Assembly (NCBI GenBank): GCA_951406725.2
Contig: OX597814.1
Span: 21,390,001 to 21,454,000, forward strand
DNA from: Octopus vulgaris
Taxonomy: Eukaryota
Length of the DNA: 64,000 nucleotides
Direction: 5' to 3'
How positions within the stretch are numbered: the stretch's first letter is position 1; every line of letters starts with the position of its first letter. The translations under genes were made by a program, and so were the position numbers. The notes beneath the pieces were generated by a model that was not told the origin of the DNA, made no database searches, and saw nothing but the letters and a program-made list of their open reading frames with translations. This document shows positions 1-13,408 of the stretch, piece by piece.

Positions 1-3000
1 AATCATTGCCAGAACCCTTCATAAAAGAAAAACAAAAAACAAACAAACAAACAAGAGAAGTGAAATTTATCTTTCTCTACATTGCCAAGAATGGAACAAG
101 TTGCTTATGCCCTCAATTAAATATGTATTAAATGCAGCTCTAAACGATTGCTGAGCGATATCTTTCTTTGTTGGTAAGGGTAGTGTATCCGACAATAAAT
201 GAATTAAAATGGATTCTCTCATTTCAGGATAGCACATATAGTTTTAGGACTAAGAACGAAGTGTAGACGCTAGCACAGCCTGTGCGTCACACACCGCCCA
301 TATACTAAGATAAAACATATGAGTAGCCGCAATATGAGGGTCACTTTCAAGAACATTGGCAGTGATATTTTCTCTTGGCTCATATCAGAGTGCAAGCAGG
401 TTGCAAGTGACATGTTAAATATGAATGACATGTGATCAGGTGGGAGCTCACTGAATATAAAAGTCATTATGATCCCTGAAAGAGCACAGGGATACGAAAA
501 CTGTCCAGCTATGAGACTAGTATTGTAAATCAGGAGATGAAGTCCATACGGAGCATTAACGGACATTTCAAGCTTCTTTTGTCTCGTAGGTTTCGAGTTC
601 AAGAGAACAGTAGTTTTAGCAGTAACAAAAGCAAGTCACAAAGGTCTGTTGTTTCTAGAGCATCGCCAGCTGCAGCCTCAAAGATGGAGCTCAAAAATCT
701 CGTTGTACTCTCAGTCCCTCAAAATATTAGCAACCAGGAAGATAAGAATCTGGGCGCACAAGCATACACACACACATTATTAGTACTGTGAACACACACA
801 TTATTAGTCTTGTAACATGCTCTGATATTCGAAATGACCCACAAGAATGTTTAGGGAAAGAGATGATACAGATTTTCCAGTAAACCAGTTCCGATTATGT
901 GAAACATGCGAGCGATAGGTTGCTCTTTAAGTATCGTTTTTGCAGCTCCCCTTGATTTTTATATAAACTTATTTATCCACATTTTTAGTAGATGTATGCC
1001 AATTCTTTTTAAATAACTGAGTTTATTGGAGTTATCTTATTTCTTAGCTGCTTTAAATACTCCTAGATGCAGCAATAATCTTAGTCATTCGACTTTTTTA
1101 TATTCACTATATTAAAGAAGTGAAATCGATTAGTAAATCAAAATGGTGTAAAGGAAAATGAATTCCAAAAAAATTAATCAAAATGCAGAGCAGAATGTCT
1201 CCTTGTGTATGGCCGCCGATTTTTTCCAGTGTTGTAAGATTTTTAAAACCGTGACTGGAGGAAAGAGCTAAAATACATAGTTTCTATCATCTCATTGTTA
1301 CGTAATAAATAAAGTTTGTGAGATTGTAATATATTCTTTTTTATTAACTGATGTCATCTCAGTGTATCCTCAGTTTTTTAAGTTTATTTTCTTTGTGGCA
1401 TTGCCTTATATATAATGGCATGGTAACATACAGGAGCATCACAACGTGGTCGCTCGACTTGCTAGAAATATCAACTAAATTTAACTCAATTTACCCAATA
1501 TTTTCATGAAAAGAAGGGAATACATTGTGTCATGTAGTCGTAAGAAAGGTCATGACTGGAACACCTTTAGCGAACTGTCTGCTCTATTCTGACCTGTGAC
1601 TAAACAGCACAGACACGTTTAATAATAACAGCAATAACATACAAGTATTGAAGAACAATAGAGGTTTGACGATATTGCTTCGTATAGAAAAGACTTGCTA
1701 AATCTCATCAATTTAATTATTTCAGTATATTCATGTGTAAACTCTAGTTCAGAACAGACTGCTGAAATATGTGGTGATTTATTTCTTTAGACAATAGTAT
1801 CACTGACAGAGCAAATGGGAATTAGAGATATTTTGTGTATTTCCTCGATCTGCTATAAATAGCAGCCAAACCTCCCTCACATTGTACTTTCCAGTGTTAT
1901 AAAAGAACACGTTAGTTAATGAAGTACTGAGGAGGAAACATCGACGGGCTACAACTGGAATATTTCTAATTTGCTCAATGTGCAATGACATGAAGTTAAA
2001 AACAACAGCAACAACAGCCGTTCAAGAATTTGGACCTGGAGATCTACATTTCCAGCGACTTCGAGGTCCACCCCCCAGTGGTATTGGGCGTCAACGAAGA
2101 GCCCTCGACTACAACAAGACGACCAAAGTTTTTTTCCAAGGTCTGGGGTCTCCCACCCCTAAGCCCTAGACCATCACCTAATCACCCTTACCCGTCTTGT
2201 TGCTTAATAACAACAACAAGATTAGAATGATAACCACTCTCCAGTCATCCAGTCAAAAATGTCAGCCGCTCACTATTTGCATAAAGTACACCGGAAAACA
2301 AAAGGTTCGATTTTAGATGCTGTCTCCACTAGTAACGGAAATAATTTTTGATGAAGCTCCGAGAAACTTCCGAAGCCAAAGAAATAAACCGCAACAATTC
2401 CCTTATTCCCCTTCACACAAACTAGTGTCTTATACTGCAGCCACTAAGATATCTAGGAAGAAAATTTAATAGAGGCCGACGGATTTGAAAGGAATATTGA
2501 CTACATTTAAGAAAGGGGGAATTGATTTGTGTTAGGAAGTGTTCTGATATTTTAAAACAAGCACAAAATCACAAAACCAGATAGCATATTGGCGCTAGCG
2601 AAAACGAAATTATATTCAAGAAGTAAACAAATATCCAAAATTAACAATATGCTGATGTGTGATGCGAAGTCTAATGTAATTATCCCCAGATGTTGAATGA
2701 TGACATTCTCGTTCGCCAGGCAGTCATAGCTTGAAACTGCGTCAGTTAGATGGTTCTGCGTTTCAATAAATTAATGTAACAGTCACCACTAACACGAGAA
2801 TAACTGATTCGTGTTAATAAATTTGTTGTTGGATGATTACGAGCAGTTAACAATGTTATAGAATTCTAGAATAAGAGAGATAACAGGGTTGTGCAACAGT
2901 TTTTGACCAACCAGGCTTAGTGTGAATCCAAGAATAATTGATTATTAATTCATACAGTGATAGCAGTAAGGCTCTAAATCAAATTATTATTTATTTTCCT

Positions 3001-3097
3001 GGAGACACGTCGACAAGGCTTATTCTGACACATAGAAGCATCAGTATAAATGTATCGCCTATCAGATATATTGTATGCGATAAAAATCTAGCATTGC

Positions 3098-3145
<48 letters not shown>

Positions 3146-3147
<2 letters not shown>

Positions 3148-3362
3148 GTTTTAAATTTTGGTGCAAGACCATCAATCTCTTGGGCGGGGGTAAGTCGATT
3201 ACATCGATCCCAGTGTTCAACTGGTACTCATTATAGTGTTCTCGAAAGGGATGAAAGAGAAAGTCGACTTCGGTGGAATTTGAACTCTTGGACGTAAGGC
3301 CTGAAGAAACACTGCAAAGTATTTTGACCATCATGCTAACGATTTTGTCACCTCATCGCCTT
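3146..3362 (-). mobile_element. SINE family 2-related copy between (TAA)n tracts
   Basis: GTCGATTACATCGATCCCAGTG...GGTACT...AAAGTCGACTTCGGTGGAATTTGAACTC is the reverse complement of family 2. Confidence 0.75.
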
Positions 3363-3378
3363 AATATTAATAATGATG

Positions 3379-3449
<71 letters not shown>

Positions 3450-3454
3450 TAATA

Positions 3455-4010
3455 AATGCCCTATTGCAGTACCAGGCAGTGGCTCTCATGGCTTCTGATC
3501 TTAACTTATTGGAAGTGTTATCATGTACATTGTTTTGTCTTGGTATAAAAGATGGGCTACAGAAAATATTCTGCTCAATACCACAGATTTGCTAGTCAGT
3601 TGTTTGACCTTAACCAGCTGAGCACGTCCCTTAGTGGCTGACGATATGTGCATCTCTGATCATGAGCAGAAGTAGTGGAGGAGCATCATAGCCATGTGTT
3701 GAGAGTGATTCTTTGGGGTTTGAATAATTCGCCTCTGGAAACATGGGTGTTTCTTTCAACATCCTTAAACAACCCTTATTCAGAGACCTTTTGAACAGGA
3801 TGGGCCACTCGACCAGAAGAAAATTCTAACTGGGCCCCACCTGCAAGGTCATGCGCTGTTTATCTTGATACGAGATCACCATGTCGCGCACATATGGTTG
3901 TGATGCATGGCCTGGTGTACCCTTATCAGACGGATAGTCATGATGGGTATACTGGGCTTCGTATATTTTACCCTAGTGTCACTTTGATGGTATGCACTGC
4001 TCTTTCACTC
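3455..4010. mobile_element. Probable interspersed element embedded in a (TAA)n tract
   Basis: A ~555 bp block of higher GC with sharp (TAA)n borders on both sides. No ORF and no second copy in the window, so the family is uncertain. Confidence 0.45.
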
Positions 4011-4029
4011 AATAATAATGATAATAATG

Positions 4030-5025
4030 ATTTATTTATTGACGACACTTGGTTTATATTGACTAAAACATTATGGACGGCTCAGGACAAATCATTGTAC
4101 GTGTGTTATTGCAAGGGTTTTACTTGTAAACAGTGTAACAAAAAAACAACTACTTTTTAAAGTCTCCAGCTTGTATAGCGAAGATGAAGAGGGGGCACCC
4201 TTGGTGGACCAAGTGCATGATGGTGAACGGTTTCGCGAGGTGATCGTTCACTCTAACCACTGAACAGGTGTCATTGTACATTGCAGCGACTCCCTGAATA
4301 CAAAACCGCAACTGACTGCCTTAAGGGCCGCTGCCAGGTCCAGGTACAAATGGTCGATTCTATCGAATTCATCTAAATTCATCTAAATTGATGAGGGCCT
4401 CCCCCATGCCAGGTTCTTTAGCCACTTTCTCTGTGATGTATCGTATAAGGTAGAGGTTGTCGTGGATGGACCTTTGCAGGATGGCGCATGTCTGTGCCTC
4501 CCTTACCAGACCACCGATGACAAGTGCCAACCTCGTAACTAACACTTTGGCCAAAATTTTGAATTCTGCATTTAGCAGAGTTATGGGCCTATAGTTATTA
4601 ATAGTTTCCCTTGTTCGGATCTTTTCTAAGCAATGCCACCGCACCTCGGCTCACAAAACTGGGAATTCTCCCATTTTGTTGCCAGTTGCAGCAAACGATT
4701 GCCAAGAGGTAACCGAATAAATCTAGCATGTAAGCGTAAAGGTCGTCGGTCAGACCATCGAAACCAGGCGATTTACCCTCGTGCAGCTTCCCGTATTTCC
4801 GCAGCTGTTATCGGCTTCTTGCAACGCTCCGCCCCTGTTGCCGAGAGCCGCGGCAGTCTGTCGAGGTAGGATATGAGGTCCATTCTGTGATTCAGCTGAC
4901 TGCTACTATCAATCAGTTGACTAAAGTGCTGTTGAAAAGCCATACACATTTATTTGGGATCAATTACTGAGTGACCGTCGTGGTCGGATATAGATAGGAT
5001 TGTGGGTTATTGCCACGTCGTGTCT
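4030..5025 (-). mobile_element. L1/Tx1-like LINE fragment (RT N-terminal domains joined to a probable 3' end)
   Basis: NYRPITLLNAEFKILAKVL..RL....V.EAQTCAI..RSIHDNL and LINLD, then VRVN and VHQGCP motifs; frameshifted. Confidence 0.8.
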
Positions 5026-5369
5026 AATAATAACAGCAATTAGAGATAAGGAGAGATTGACACTCACTCACTTGCTAAATTGGTTCTTTCGCCATCAACA
5101 ATTTCTTCAGTAGCAAATTTATTAACATGGATAAGATTGTAAGGGAAGTTCGAATTGTGGATCTGGCAGTGACACAGAGCAGAGAAGTGGCACACAAGTG
5201 AATGAACAAATAAATAAAAGCTGAATGAGTGAATAAATGAAAGGACGTGGCTCACACAGCCATATTTTTATTAATGGATACCTCAAACTAAAATGCTCTG
5301 AAATTATTCACCCGGTTGTTCACTTCCTTATTATTATACTTCCTATTGGATACATTATAGAAGTAATAA

Positions 5370-5495
5370 TCGACCCCAGTACTTGACTAGCACTTTATTT
5401 TATAGACCCTTGAAGGATGAAAGGCTTCGCTGATATTGCTAAATACCGCAAAGCATTTTGCCCGACGGTTTATAATCTTGTCGACTCCCATCCTT
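5370..5495 (-). mobile_element. SINE family 2-related decayed fragment
   Basis: ATCGACCCCAGTACTTGACT...GGATGAAAGG...AAATACCGCAAAGCATTTTGCCCG. Confidence 0.6.
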
Positions 5496-5853
5496 AAAAT
5501 TATTGACTAGGTCACCATTCAGTTACAAAAGCTAAGATGACCCATGATATACCTTTCGTTGGAAAAAAAATGTAGATGTACATGATTTTTAATCCACTCT
5601 ATGTTTTTTTTTCTTTCTTCCTTTGCCTCTATTCTCATTTAATTAGAACGTGCTTCACAATGTAATTAGTTGATAGAAATAACATATCCATCTTCCTGCT
5701 GCGTTGTTCACTAGAATCTGTTCTACTTAATATCTGACTACTTGACAGTAACCTTCACCAAGATAAATTATATTCTCAAAGAATGAAACAAAATAACCCT
5801 TCAGATGATCAGCCACACTAAAAAGAATCAAGTGATTAAATATACTATGACAA

Positions 5854-5891
<38 letters not shown>

Positions 5892-6491
5892 TGATGATGA
5901 TGATGATGATGATGATAACATCAACAGTAACAGCAACGGCAGCAATATCAACAGCACTAGACTTATAATAGTAATACTCAGTTAAGCGTTGACAATAAAC
6001 AGTACCTGTTTAATAGGTTTCGCCTACACTGTCAAAGACAGTTTGACGTCATAGCTGGTTGTCATGACGCTGGTATTTCCATAGACAGTAATGACGCTCA
6101 GGTAGTTTTCCTGACACTATTTTCCAGTGCTTTAACTAAATGCATGCAGGTGTGTTTATTGGGTAGACGCAAGGAGTTTAGTGAATGTCAGTGGTATAGA
6201 AGAACGTGTTGCTGCAACCATTATTCTATTTATTTATTCATTTTATTTATATATTTATTTCCTAAAAATTCATGTAGATATTCAGTCTTTTATATATTTC
6301 GTTATTTTATTTCTTCCGTGCTATCAAATATTTTACGCCGGACAGAATTTTATTCTCACTTACAAGATCGCACTCCACACTAAAAGCTCTCTTTCTTCTC
6401 ATCTTCTTTCACATTGTCTATTTCTCTCCTTCCCCTCTCTCCCCCTTTTACAGAGAAAAAATACAGAATAGAGAAGGAAAACATTAGCTAG

Positions 6492-6492
<1 letters not shown>

Positions 6493-6541
<49 letters not shown>

Positions 6542-6747
6542 CTGTGTACATATCCATCCATCCATACATGCATTCATACATACATACATATATGCGTGTG
6601 TATGTGTATATATATATACACATACACACACAAACATATATATATATATATGTGTGTGTGTGTGTATATGTATGTATATCTGTGTATGTACGCCCACACG
6701 CACAGATATATACATCTTTATCTTTCTGTCCATCGATATATATAGAG

Positions 6748-6808
<61 letters not shown>

Positions 6809-6926
6809 TGTGTGTATGTGTGTGTGTGCTTATATGTATACACAGATAAATGGAGAGAGAGAGAGAGAGAGATAGAGAGAGAGAGAAAGATAGGGAGACA
6901 GAAATAAAGACAGAGGGAGAGAGACA

Positions 6927-6957
<31 letters not shown>
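6493..6957. repeat. Compound GT/TA/GATA/GA microsatellite
   Basis: Read directly from the sequence. Confidence 0.95.
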
Positions 6958-7418
6958 ATGGACAGATTGACTTGGGGACTTGTTTCAAAGAAATTTTCTG
7001 TATCTCAGTACTAAAGTATAGGCAAGCGTACATTAATTTGCTTGGATGGGATCATATTCAATTTGATTTACTGTGTTAGATGTTAGATGAAACTTGAAGC
7101 CTCAGACAAAGCTCGTGTATGTGTCAGTGTATGTGTATGTGTATGTGTGGATGTGTGTGTATGAATTGCAAGTATGTGTGTGTGTGTGCGCGTGCGCAGA
7201 TGCCATACAGCTTGTGTGATGATACTCTCCTTTGTATTTCATATGTTCACCTTTAATCTTATATGCAAATTACTACTTGTATTACCTGTGTTATTTTAGT
7301 CATGAATGAGCAGCTCTGAGTAATAACCCGGTAGTAGACTCAGCTTCCTTATAATTTGTTATACCCTTTCTGTATTGGTTACTTCTACTTTGGAAAATGA
7401 AACTTTATATATATGTAT

Positions 7419-7568
7419 CGAACCCCTACCATCTTCCAGAGACAGGCCCACCAAACTGCACGGGTTCGATCTATTTGTGCAGATGAGTACCCACCACTGA
7501 AAATGAGATCAAGTAGCTCGAAATCGTACGGTCTTGTGAGCCTGTCACTGGTAGATGGAAAGGGTTCG
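7419..7568 (+). repeat. 150 nt hairpin with a hammerhead-like 3' half
   Basis: CGAACCCCTACCATCTTCCAGAGACAGGCCCAC pairs with GTGAGCCTGTCACTGGTAGATGGAAAGGGTTCG. Inside is GAA-AUCGUACGGU-C; the CUGANGA box is not intact. Confidence 0.55.
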
Positions 7569-7981
7569 GTCCTTTGCTTGAAATATATATCGGGTGCAGA
7601 TTGTATCGACTAAACAGCTAGAGGAGGTGTCTTACTGGGGTTAAAATGCTAGTAACCTGGGTTCCTATGGAACAGCCATTTTGAAGTGGCAATAAACATA
7701 ACTCATCTCTCTCTTTCTCCCACTCTCTACCTATCTTTCTTTCTTTCTCTCTCTCTCTCTCTGTCTATATATGTGGGGATGTGTGTGTATATTATATTAT
7801 ATCGTATTATAAATATAAATATATATATACATACAGAGAGAGAGAGAGGCATACATTCATATATATATATATATATATATATTTATAAATACGCATACAC
7901 ACACACACACACACATGTATATAGACTCGCACACATGCATTTGTGTGTGTGTGTGTCTGTATATATATATATATATATATT

Positions 7982-8180
7982 CTTTTATTCTTTTATTTGT
8001 TTCAGTCATTTGACTGAAATCATGCTGGAGCAGCGCCTTTAGTTGAACAAATCAACCCCAGGTCTTCTTTGTAAGCCTAGTACTTATTCTATCGGTCTTT
8101 TTTTTACTGAACACGCCAGCATCGTTTGTGAAGCGATGGTAGGGGTACAAACTCAGACACACAAACATACATACACACAC
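7982..8180 (-). mobile_element. SINE family 1, 3' half
   Basis: Reverse complement of 9745-9960. Confidence 0.8.
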
Positions 8181-8429
8181 ATATTCTGCGAACTCCTATG
8201 ACTAGAAGGACGTGACATTTCATCCAGAGATGGGAATCTTTGGTCACTTTGAGGCACTGGACCTTTCCTTTACCATACACAGAAAAAAATTCACTTCTCT
8301 CTTCATTGGATGTAATAGTACATTATGGGTGTGTATGAATGTGTGTATGTGTGTGTGTTATGCTATGTTTGTATATTTGTGTGCGTATATGCGTCTGTAT
8401 GTGATTATGTTTACACCTGACTATGATCG

Positions 8430-8640
8430 TGTGTTGCTGTGCGGTGGTCTGTGTGTCTCAGTGACCCTGAGAGCTATGTCTGCAGAGCGCGAGCTTCTGG
8501 TATAGTCTCCCATGCTGGACAGGTCAAATGATAGAGGCCAGACTAATATGGACCGTTTTATTCGCAGTTAAGAATGGGTTGGAATACAAGCCACATCCCT
8601 AGCTAGAAAAAAGTAAAATTACAGAATCATCGATGGCAAA
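8430..8640 (+). mobile_element. RTE-clade LINE 5' leader-like fragment
   Basis: GTGTGTCTCAGTGACCCTGAGAGCTATG...CTGGTATAGTCTCCCATGCTGGACAGGTC...GCCAGACTAA resembles my recollection of RTE/Expander 5' UTRs. No ORF follows. Confidence 0.45.
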
Positions 8641-9459
8641 TCAAAACCGGCAAAACCAAGGATAGGATAACCCAGAGTCAAGGAGGGTAAAGAATAGTTG
8701 CCAATGGCTAATACTACATAATGACCAAAAGGCTTAAGATATATATGTGTGTATGTGCATATTTGTATGTGTGTGTGCATATGTGTATGTGTGTGTGTAT
8801 GTGTGTGGTGTGCGGGTTGGGCAGAGGACGAGGGCATTCCTGTACCTTATCTTTTAATATTTCGGCATTAAAATCTATTTATCGAAAAGAAAATGGGAAA
8901 AAAAGCTAGAAAAGAAAAAAGTGTAAGATGTTTTGTTTACCTTTTGTTTTCCTATTTCTTTATTTCTAACTTGCATTGTACTGGCTTTCTAAATCAATTT
9001 TAACAATTCTACCACAATGCTTTATTCAAGTTACACTGGTGTAATACATACTAATATATAGATGTATGTGTGTAAACGTGTGTGTGTTGTATGAATGTAT
9101 ATTATTGATATATTCATGTGTATTTGTATATATATATATATATATATACATATTCATGCGAGAGTGAGAAAGGGAAAGAGGAAGAAAGAATGTAAGACGG
9201 AGAGAGAAACATCCAAATGCAAAACACAAGCACGCCACGTATTTTTTCTGAAGGTATGATATGAAATATAATGACGTATGCCATTTAGTAATCGATAGTA
9301 ATTCAAGTGGTATTCGACGGCTTCCCTCAGCCGTAACAACGCACGTCAGTAAATGTAAATAATGTTAATCTCGAGTAGATATTAACATTCCAATAAGGTG
9401 GTGGGAAGGTACTTGATCGCCGTTGTAGTTGATTATTGACAGTTGCATTATTTAGCTTG

Positions 9460-9514
<55 letters not shown>

Positions 9515-9675
9515 GGCGCAGGAGTGGCTGTGTGGTAAGTAGCTTGCTAACCAACCTCATGGTTCCGGGTTCAGTCCACTGCGTGGCACCTTGGGCAAGT
9601 GTCTTCTGCTATAGCCCCGGGCCGACCAATGCCTTGTGAGTGGATTTGGTAGACGGAAACTGAAAGAAGCCTGTC

Positions 9676-9745
<70 letters not shown>

Positions 9746-9960
9746 TTGTGTGTCTGTGTTTGTCCCCCTAGCATTGCTTGACAACCGATGCTGGTGTGTT
9801 TACGTCCCCGTCACTTAGCGGTTCGGCAAAAAGAGACCGATAGAATAAGTACTGGGCTTACAAAGAATAAGTCCCGGGGTCGATTTGTTCGACTAAAGGC
9901 GGTGCTCCAGCATGGCCGCAGTCAAATGACTGAAACAAGCAAAAGAGAGAGTAAAAGAGT
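9515..9960 (+). mobile_element. tRNA-head SINE family 1, full length, with internal (TA)n
   Basis: A-box-like TGGCTGTGTGGT, B-box-like GGTTCAGTCC, CCTTGGGCAAGTGTCTT core, (GTAAAAGA) tail; more than 10 homologous copies in the window. Confidence 0.9.
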
Positions 9961-9984
9961 ATATATATATATATATATAGATAG

Positions 9985-10059
<75 letters not shown>

Positions 10060-10066
10060 GGCAGAT

Positions 10067-10117
<51 letters not shown>

Positions 10118-10563
10118 TCATAGTGTAATACTTGAAGCTATATATCATTATTATTATTGTTCAGCGGTGGAAATTCCATTGTTTTTCACCTAACTGTGGC
10201 TATAAAATATATACCAGTAATAAACCGTGATTGATTCCAAAAATTGATTGGCCTTGTATGTTTTGAATAGAAATCGATATTTTGAATACCACCCGTGTAA
10301 GTGTAACAGAATCGTTATCGGAATTTTTGTCTAGAACATCTAGATTTGGATTATTGTTGATACTGGGAATGCACCATAATTTACATTATTTTTTTTTGCT
10401 AAGATACATACTTATACATTAGAAGAAACACACATACATGCATACATACATACGCAATAGGTAACCGTCTTTCGCTCTCACATTCTTTTCCTTTCACTCT
10501 TCCTCGCTCTTCAACTCACTATATATCACAGTAGACTAAACTGCATCTCTAGTTATTGTTTTC

Positions 10564-10623
<60 letters not shown>

Positions 10624-11019
10624 GCTTCCTACTTCGTCTACTTACTGCTTTCCAATATTTATATTCTCAGAAATTATACGATTTCTCTGCTGCTACATTC
10701 GTCCTCTCTTCTTTCTTCACTGATACCTTATCGAAAGCCAATAGCGAAACGTTGAAGCCTCATAAGCTGTGAAATTGTGAAAACATATGTTAAAACATGT
10801 CAACAAAACGAAACTGGATATGAGAATATATGTTGAAATTGCTTTAAAACCAACCGATAATTCAGTTAAAGTAAATTAACTATTTTCATCGCTTATTCAT
10901 CCTCGTCAGGTGATATCTTAGGAATAATATTACATGAACAGCTAGGCGCGATTAGGCCTAGCCATGAAATACCCATTTCATAAAATATTGATTTTGATGG
11001 CAGTGGTTTTATCATTTGA

Positions 11020-11215
11020 CTGTTACCTGTTTCAGTCATTGCACTGCGGCCATGCTGGGGCATCACCTTTAAGCGTTTAAGTCAAGCAAAAAAAAGACCT
11101 CAGTGCCTACTTTATCAGTCTCTTTTACGGAACCACTAAGTTACGTGTACGTAATCAAACCAACAGCTGTTGTCAAAGTGGGGTCGGGAGAACAGACTTA
11201 AGCACAAAGACACAT
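11020..11215 (-). mobile_element. SINE family 1, 3' half, diverged
   Basis: TGTTTCAGTCATT..ACTGCGGCCATGCTGG motif. Confidence 0.75.
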
Positions 11216-11219
11216 GCAC

Positions 11220-11779
11220 ATACATAAACGCATACATGCATATACATACGCATACATTCATACATACATACACATACATACATGCATGCATACATACATA
11301 CGTACATACATACATAAAAATATAGGTATATACATACATACACACATACATACGTACATACATACATACATACATGCATACATACATAGGTATATACATT
11401 CATGCATACATACATACATACATACATGCATACATACATAGGTATATACATTCATGCATACATACATACATACATACATGCATACATACATACGTACATA
11501 CATACATAAAAATATAGGTATATACATACATACACACATACATACGTACATACATACATAAAAACATACATATATACATACATACACACATACATACATA
11601 CATACAAACATAGGTATATACATACATACACACATACATACGTACATACATACATGCATACATACATACATACATACATACATACATACATACATACATG
11701 CATACATACATACATACATAGGTATATACATTCATGCATACATACATACATACATACATACATACATACATACATACAT
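11220..11779. repeat. Compound (TACA)n array with higher-order units
   Basis: TACA units punctuated by recurring AGGTATATACAT and CGTACATAC anchors. Confidence 0.95.
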
Positions 11780-12372
11780 TAAGTGCTGAAAAGCGAAGAG
11801 AACAATATCCTACGTGTCGGCAGCGAGCTCTTCAGGAAGCACTCTCTTCCTGATGACTTTCCATAAACCCTAGAACAGCCGGAACAACGTACTTCAAAGA
11901 AGACCTGTATGTGAAACGCTCAGCACAAAAAGACCATGCATGAGTATGTTTCCCAAAGGCTTGAAGAAGACAGAAATAATGACATGAAGCGAAGCCCCTC
12001 TTGGACTTGTGACCGTAACGTCACATCGCACCTTGGGGGCTATGCGTTTGTAATCCAGGAACAGGAGATTGATATTAAATACCTAATAAACAAGGGACAG
12101 TGAAGCCCTTGGAGATACACGGTACAATCGAAAATGTAGCTTACACTTTACGTTTTTACTCTTTTACTTGTTTCAGTCATTTGATTGAAGCCATGCTGGT
12201 GCACTGCCTTTAGTCGAACAAATCGAAACCCAGTACTTAATCTTTGTAAGCCTAGTGCTTATTCTATCGGTCTCTTTTGTCCAACCGCTAAGTCACAGCG
12301 ACTTTAACACACCAACATCGGTTGTCAAGCGATGGTGAGACAAACACACCCACATATATACATACACACACA

Positions 12373-12403
<31 letters not shown>

Positions 12404-13090
12404 CGACGGGCTTCTTTCAGTTTCCGTCTACCAAATCCACTCACAAGGCTTTGGTCGGCCCGAGGCTGTAGTAAAAGGCACTTGCCCAAGGTGCTACGCA
12501 GTGGGACTGAACCTGGAAGCTTCTTACCACACAGCCACTCTTGCGATTATGTAATATTTCTGTAGAAGATATCACACATGTGATTAGCAGCTACTTCAAA
12601 ATGTCATCAAGTTACATGATGATGTTGACAAACAATATGTAAACCCATCCGGAAAAAAGACAGCCCTGGTAAAAGTATAGGGAATCTCCCTATTATTGAA
12701 TACGAACATAAACGTCAACGCAAGCATCACTGGTAGAACATTCTCATCAAAGAATCTGTCAAGTGTAAGCATAACAGACCGGTTATTGTTCTTTGCAACA
12801 AGACAAAGTATGTACCTTTATAGGGTTCAGCTCGCTTACTGATATGAATATCTGTTTTGAAAATCAAAGAGAAAGAGGGTAACTATGGACAACTGCTTCG
12901 AAATCACCAGCTTCTATATCCAGATTAGAAATTTACATTTATACGAACAATAATCCGAGTACATAGTTTTGAGATTAAATATCTAACTGACAGTCTGGAT
13001 AAGCTTGGATTTTCAGATAAAGAAATCAACTAATTTACTCACACATTACAAATACAATCTGCAAGGGAACAGTAAAAACATAAAAACTTC
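11780..13090 (+). mobile_element. Decayed RLE-type (R4-like) non-LTR retrotransposon 3' region, interrupted by a SINE
   Basis: GYAFVIQEQEIDIKYLINK...KCSL [SINE] LCNISVEDITHVISS ... KCKHNRPVIVL ... KEKEGNYGQLLRN: CCHC and RLE remnants with stops. Confidence 0.75.
12145..12544 (-). mobile_element. SINE family 1 nested in the R4-like LINE
   Basis: Near-complete reverse-complement copy with a short deletion in the head. Confidence 0.85.
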
Positions 13091-13269
13091 TCCCTCCTTC
13101 TCTATTCCCCTCCCTCTATTCAGTTTCATACACCTTTGTATAGCTCAGGACTCCCCTCCAATACCAACCCACATTCATTATTCCTCTCACCACAGCTATT
13201 TTGACCACACCACTCCCCCGCTCTGTCCACCTCCCTATAACTTCTCTCATACCTTTCTCATACATTAAC

Positions 13270-13408
13270 TAAGTGCTCAAAAGTGAAGAGAACAATATCC
13301 TACGTGTCGGCAGCGTGCTCCTCAGGAAGCACTCTCTTCTTGATGACTTTCCATAAATTCCAGAACAACCGGAATAACGTACTTGAAGGAAGACCTGTAT
13401 GTGAAACC
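13270..13408 (+). mobile_element. Second short fragment of the same LINE (direct repeat of 11780-11918)
   Basis: AAGTGCT.AAAAG.GAAGAGAACAATATCCTACGTGTCGGCAGCG...AAGACCTGTATGTGAAAC occurs at both sites. Confidence 0.8.

Noticed and set aside
9515-9590. tRNA-like A/B boxes
   Set aside because: SINE heads; I could not build a complete cloverleaf.
10878-10915. Minus-strand CUGACGA...GAAA
   Set aside because: No helix II pairing and no helix I complement.
11220-11779. Repeat-spacer-like periodicity (CRISPR-like)
   Set aside because: Eukaryotic simple repeat; no unique spacers or cas genes.
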